Below are positions 34,761-36,143 of a DNA stretch of 36,143 nucleotides, in pieces (positions within the stretch are counted from its first letter, which is position 1; every line of letters begins with the position of its first letter). The DNA lies in contig RKRS01000220.1 in the NCBI GenBank assembly GCA_007571275.1, positions 1 through 36,143 on the forward strand, in the 5' to 3' direction. The notes under the pieces were generated by a model. That model worked only from the letters and a program-made list of their open reading frames with translations. It did no database searches and was not told the DNA's origin. The position numbers and the translations under genes are program-made. The DNA is from Dehalococcoidia bacterium. Its GTDB lineage: Bacteria > Chloroflexota > Dehalococcoidia > Bin125.

Positions 34761-35285
34761 CTACGAATTGCCCAGCGGACGAGTGCCGAAGGTCGTCGTC
34801 GAGGTGACGACCGGCGGTCCATCGCTACGCGCGATCGGCGCAGGCGGACTATCGCTGCCGCTACTGGCAGAGAGCAACGCCCATCGATTGCGACCGCGAT
34901 TTTCGATCTCGCCCATTTCCTTCATCCGCTGCAGTGTGGATTGCAGCGTCGGCATTGGTTTGGCTGACTGAGGCGCAGCGTCGTTTTTTTCCAGAAACGC
35001 GAGGATTTCTGTCGCGTGCACCGGCTCGCTCTGCTTTGCCAGAAATTCGCGGACCTTACTGCTGATCAGCCCACGTGGTCGCCGGGTTCGCTTGGCCGGC
35101 GCGGCGCTACCCTTGCGAGCCGCCCGTCGAGGCGCAGACTTCGGCTTTGCCGCAGCCCTGCCCGTACTGCCGGACTCATGGCCCAACAATTCCTGGATCA
35201 GGCGGCGTTTGTGCTCGAGTCGATCAACCTCTGTTTGGATCGCAGCAAGCTCTGTGCGCAGTCGATCTTCAAATTGGTCAGCCAT
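34761..35285 (-). CDS. Hypothetical protein with coiled-coil, Lys/Arg/Ala/Pro-rich basic linker and winged-helix-like domain
   Basis: I chose the ATG at 35285 (MADQFEDRLRTELAAIQTEVDRLEHKRRLIQELL), giving 174 aa. The basic tract is AAKPKSAPRRAARKGSAAPAKRTRRPRG. It is followed by VREFLAKQSEPVHATEILAFLEK...LQRMKEMGEIENRGRNRWAL. No family is recognised. Confidence 0.5.
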   Translation of the reverse strand: MADQFEDRLRTELAAIQTEVDRLEHKRRLIQELLGHESGSTGRAAAKPKSAPRRAARKGSAAPAKRTRRPRGLISSKVREFLAKQSEPVHATEILAFLEKNDAAPQSAKPMPTLQSTLQRMKEMGEIENRGRNRWALLSASSGSDSPPAPIARSDGPPVVTSTTTFGTRPLGNS

Positions 35286-35413
35286 GAGCAAGACTCCCTT
35301 CGCTATTGCCTGGCGCAGTGGACGCTCTGTTCTCCCTGGGTCCCTATCAGCCGAGTGGCACTTTGAGTATACGCAAGTTTGTGGAGCGGTCGTCAAGTGT
35401 GATGCCTGACTTG

Positions 35414-36143
35414 CTACCTCGAACCTAAACTCAGTTGCGCATCGCGGTAATGAACCAGACCATCGTCAATCAGCGACTGCTCGGCCAATAGCACTCGCGC
35501 TCGTTTGGCTCCGGCACGCTTTGCGACTTCCGCGATTACTATCTCGCGGCTTAGTGATCCACCATTCGCGCTTCGCAGCATTGACATGATCATCCCGCGC
35601 ACTTGACGTTGTGAGCCGCTAAACGGCTGTTGCGCCTGCACGACTGCGGCTGGCGCGCCGGTGTGGAACTCATCATACGCAACGCATAACGTGCGTAACG
35701 GACAGGACTCGCAGTTCGGATTCGGTTTGCAGATCGACGCGCCGAAATCCATCAACGCGGGGTTCCAGCGCGTCGCTTGCTTATCTGGTAGTAAGCGTTC
35801 CGACGCCCAGCGTATGTTCCTCGCCGGTGTTGTGAGCGCCGGCTGCAGGTCGCCGAACAGTACGCGTCCCAGCACCCGTGTAATGTTGGTGTCAACTGCG
35901 GCCGCGTCGACCCCGTGACCAAAGTTCAGCACGATCGCCGCGGTGAATGGGCCGATGCCAGGAAGCGCTTCGAGCATCTCGCGATCGGCGGGAAGCACTC
36001 CGTCGTATTGCTCACATACAATCCTCGCCGTGCGGTGTAGATAGAGGGCGCGGCGTGGATAGCCCGCTCGTCCCCAGACCCGAAGCGCGTCCGCGTCGCT
36101 GGCCACGGCCAGCTTCTGAATAGTCGGAAACGCTGACATCCAG
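35414..36143 (-). CDS. mutY: A/G-specific adenine DNA glycosylase (MutY, short actinobacterial-type); N-terminus lies beyond the window edge
   Basis: It has the HhH-GPD motif LPGIGPFTAAIVL...VDTNITRVLGRV and the 4Fe-4S loop CKPNPNCESCPLRTLC. The frame stays open to the window end. The listed Met aligns with an internal position of MutY (…FPT…LA.A….W…GY.RRA). Confidence 0.85.
   Translation of the reverse strand, partial: WMSAFPTIQKLAVASDADALRVWGRAGYPRRALYLHRTARIVCEQYDGVLPADREMLEALPGIGPFTAAIVLNFGHGVDAAAVDTNITRVLGRVLFGDLQPALTTPARNIRWASERLLPDKQATRWNPALMDFGASICKPNPNCESCPLRTLCVAYDEFHTGAPAAVVQAQQPFSGSQRQVRGMIMSMLRSANGGSLSREIVIAEVAKRAGAKRARVLLAEQSLIDDGLVHYRDAQLSLGSR

Overview
High-GC chromosomal segment. 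Rows I counted by hand are about 63-80% G+C, apart from a 40-52% stretch at about 24.1-26.4 kb. The gene content (DinB, Uma2, DUF2203, NIPSNAP, YcaQ-like, short MutY) suggests a Chloroflexota- or Actinomycetota-like genome, but I cannot determine the taxon from the sequence alone. I call 33 protein-coding genes, partial at both window edges, and find no rRNA, tRNA, CRISPR array, transposase or integrase. Layout: (1) 1-5.2 kb holds a YcaQ-like protein, a Uma2 nuclease, a divergent Fe-S pair (cysteine desulfurase and an A-type carrier) and metF, with metF-erpA bracketed by copies of a 26-nt hairpin repeat. (2) 5.2-8.2 kb holds a membrane protein, a leaderless BtuF-like binding protein and an orphan ABC ATPase with a His-rich tail. 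(3) 8.2-14.4 kb is a long minus-strand run: DUF309-dUTPase fusion, crcB, LysM lipoprotein, CBS/TrkA-C ClC channel, DUF2203, SAM methyltransferase. (4) 15.0-21.6 kb holds two translationally coupled giant (1080 and 1115 aa) FtsX-like permeases with no partner ATPase. (5) 21.8-30.9 kb is a plus-strand cluster: alpha/beta-fold protein lacking its nucleophile, LLM flavin oxidoreductase, two low-GC paralogous secreted proteins of unknown family, a flavin-dependent halogenase-like enzyme, MOSC, GNAT and a class III aminotransferase. (6) 31.0-36.1 kb holds a partner-switching pair (HAMP-PP2C-kinase fusion plus STAS), a thioesterase, NIPSNAP, a basic winged-helix-like protein and mutY. The best candidates for something undescribed are the tight LLM / paralog / paralog / halogenase operon and the ATPase-less giant FtsX pair. 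All family assignments come from motif recognition by eye, with no database search.
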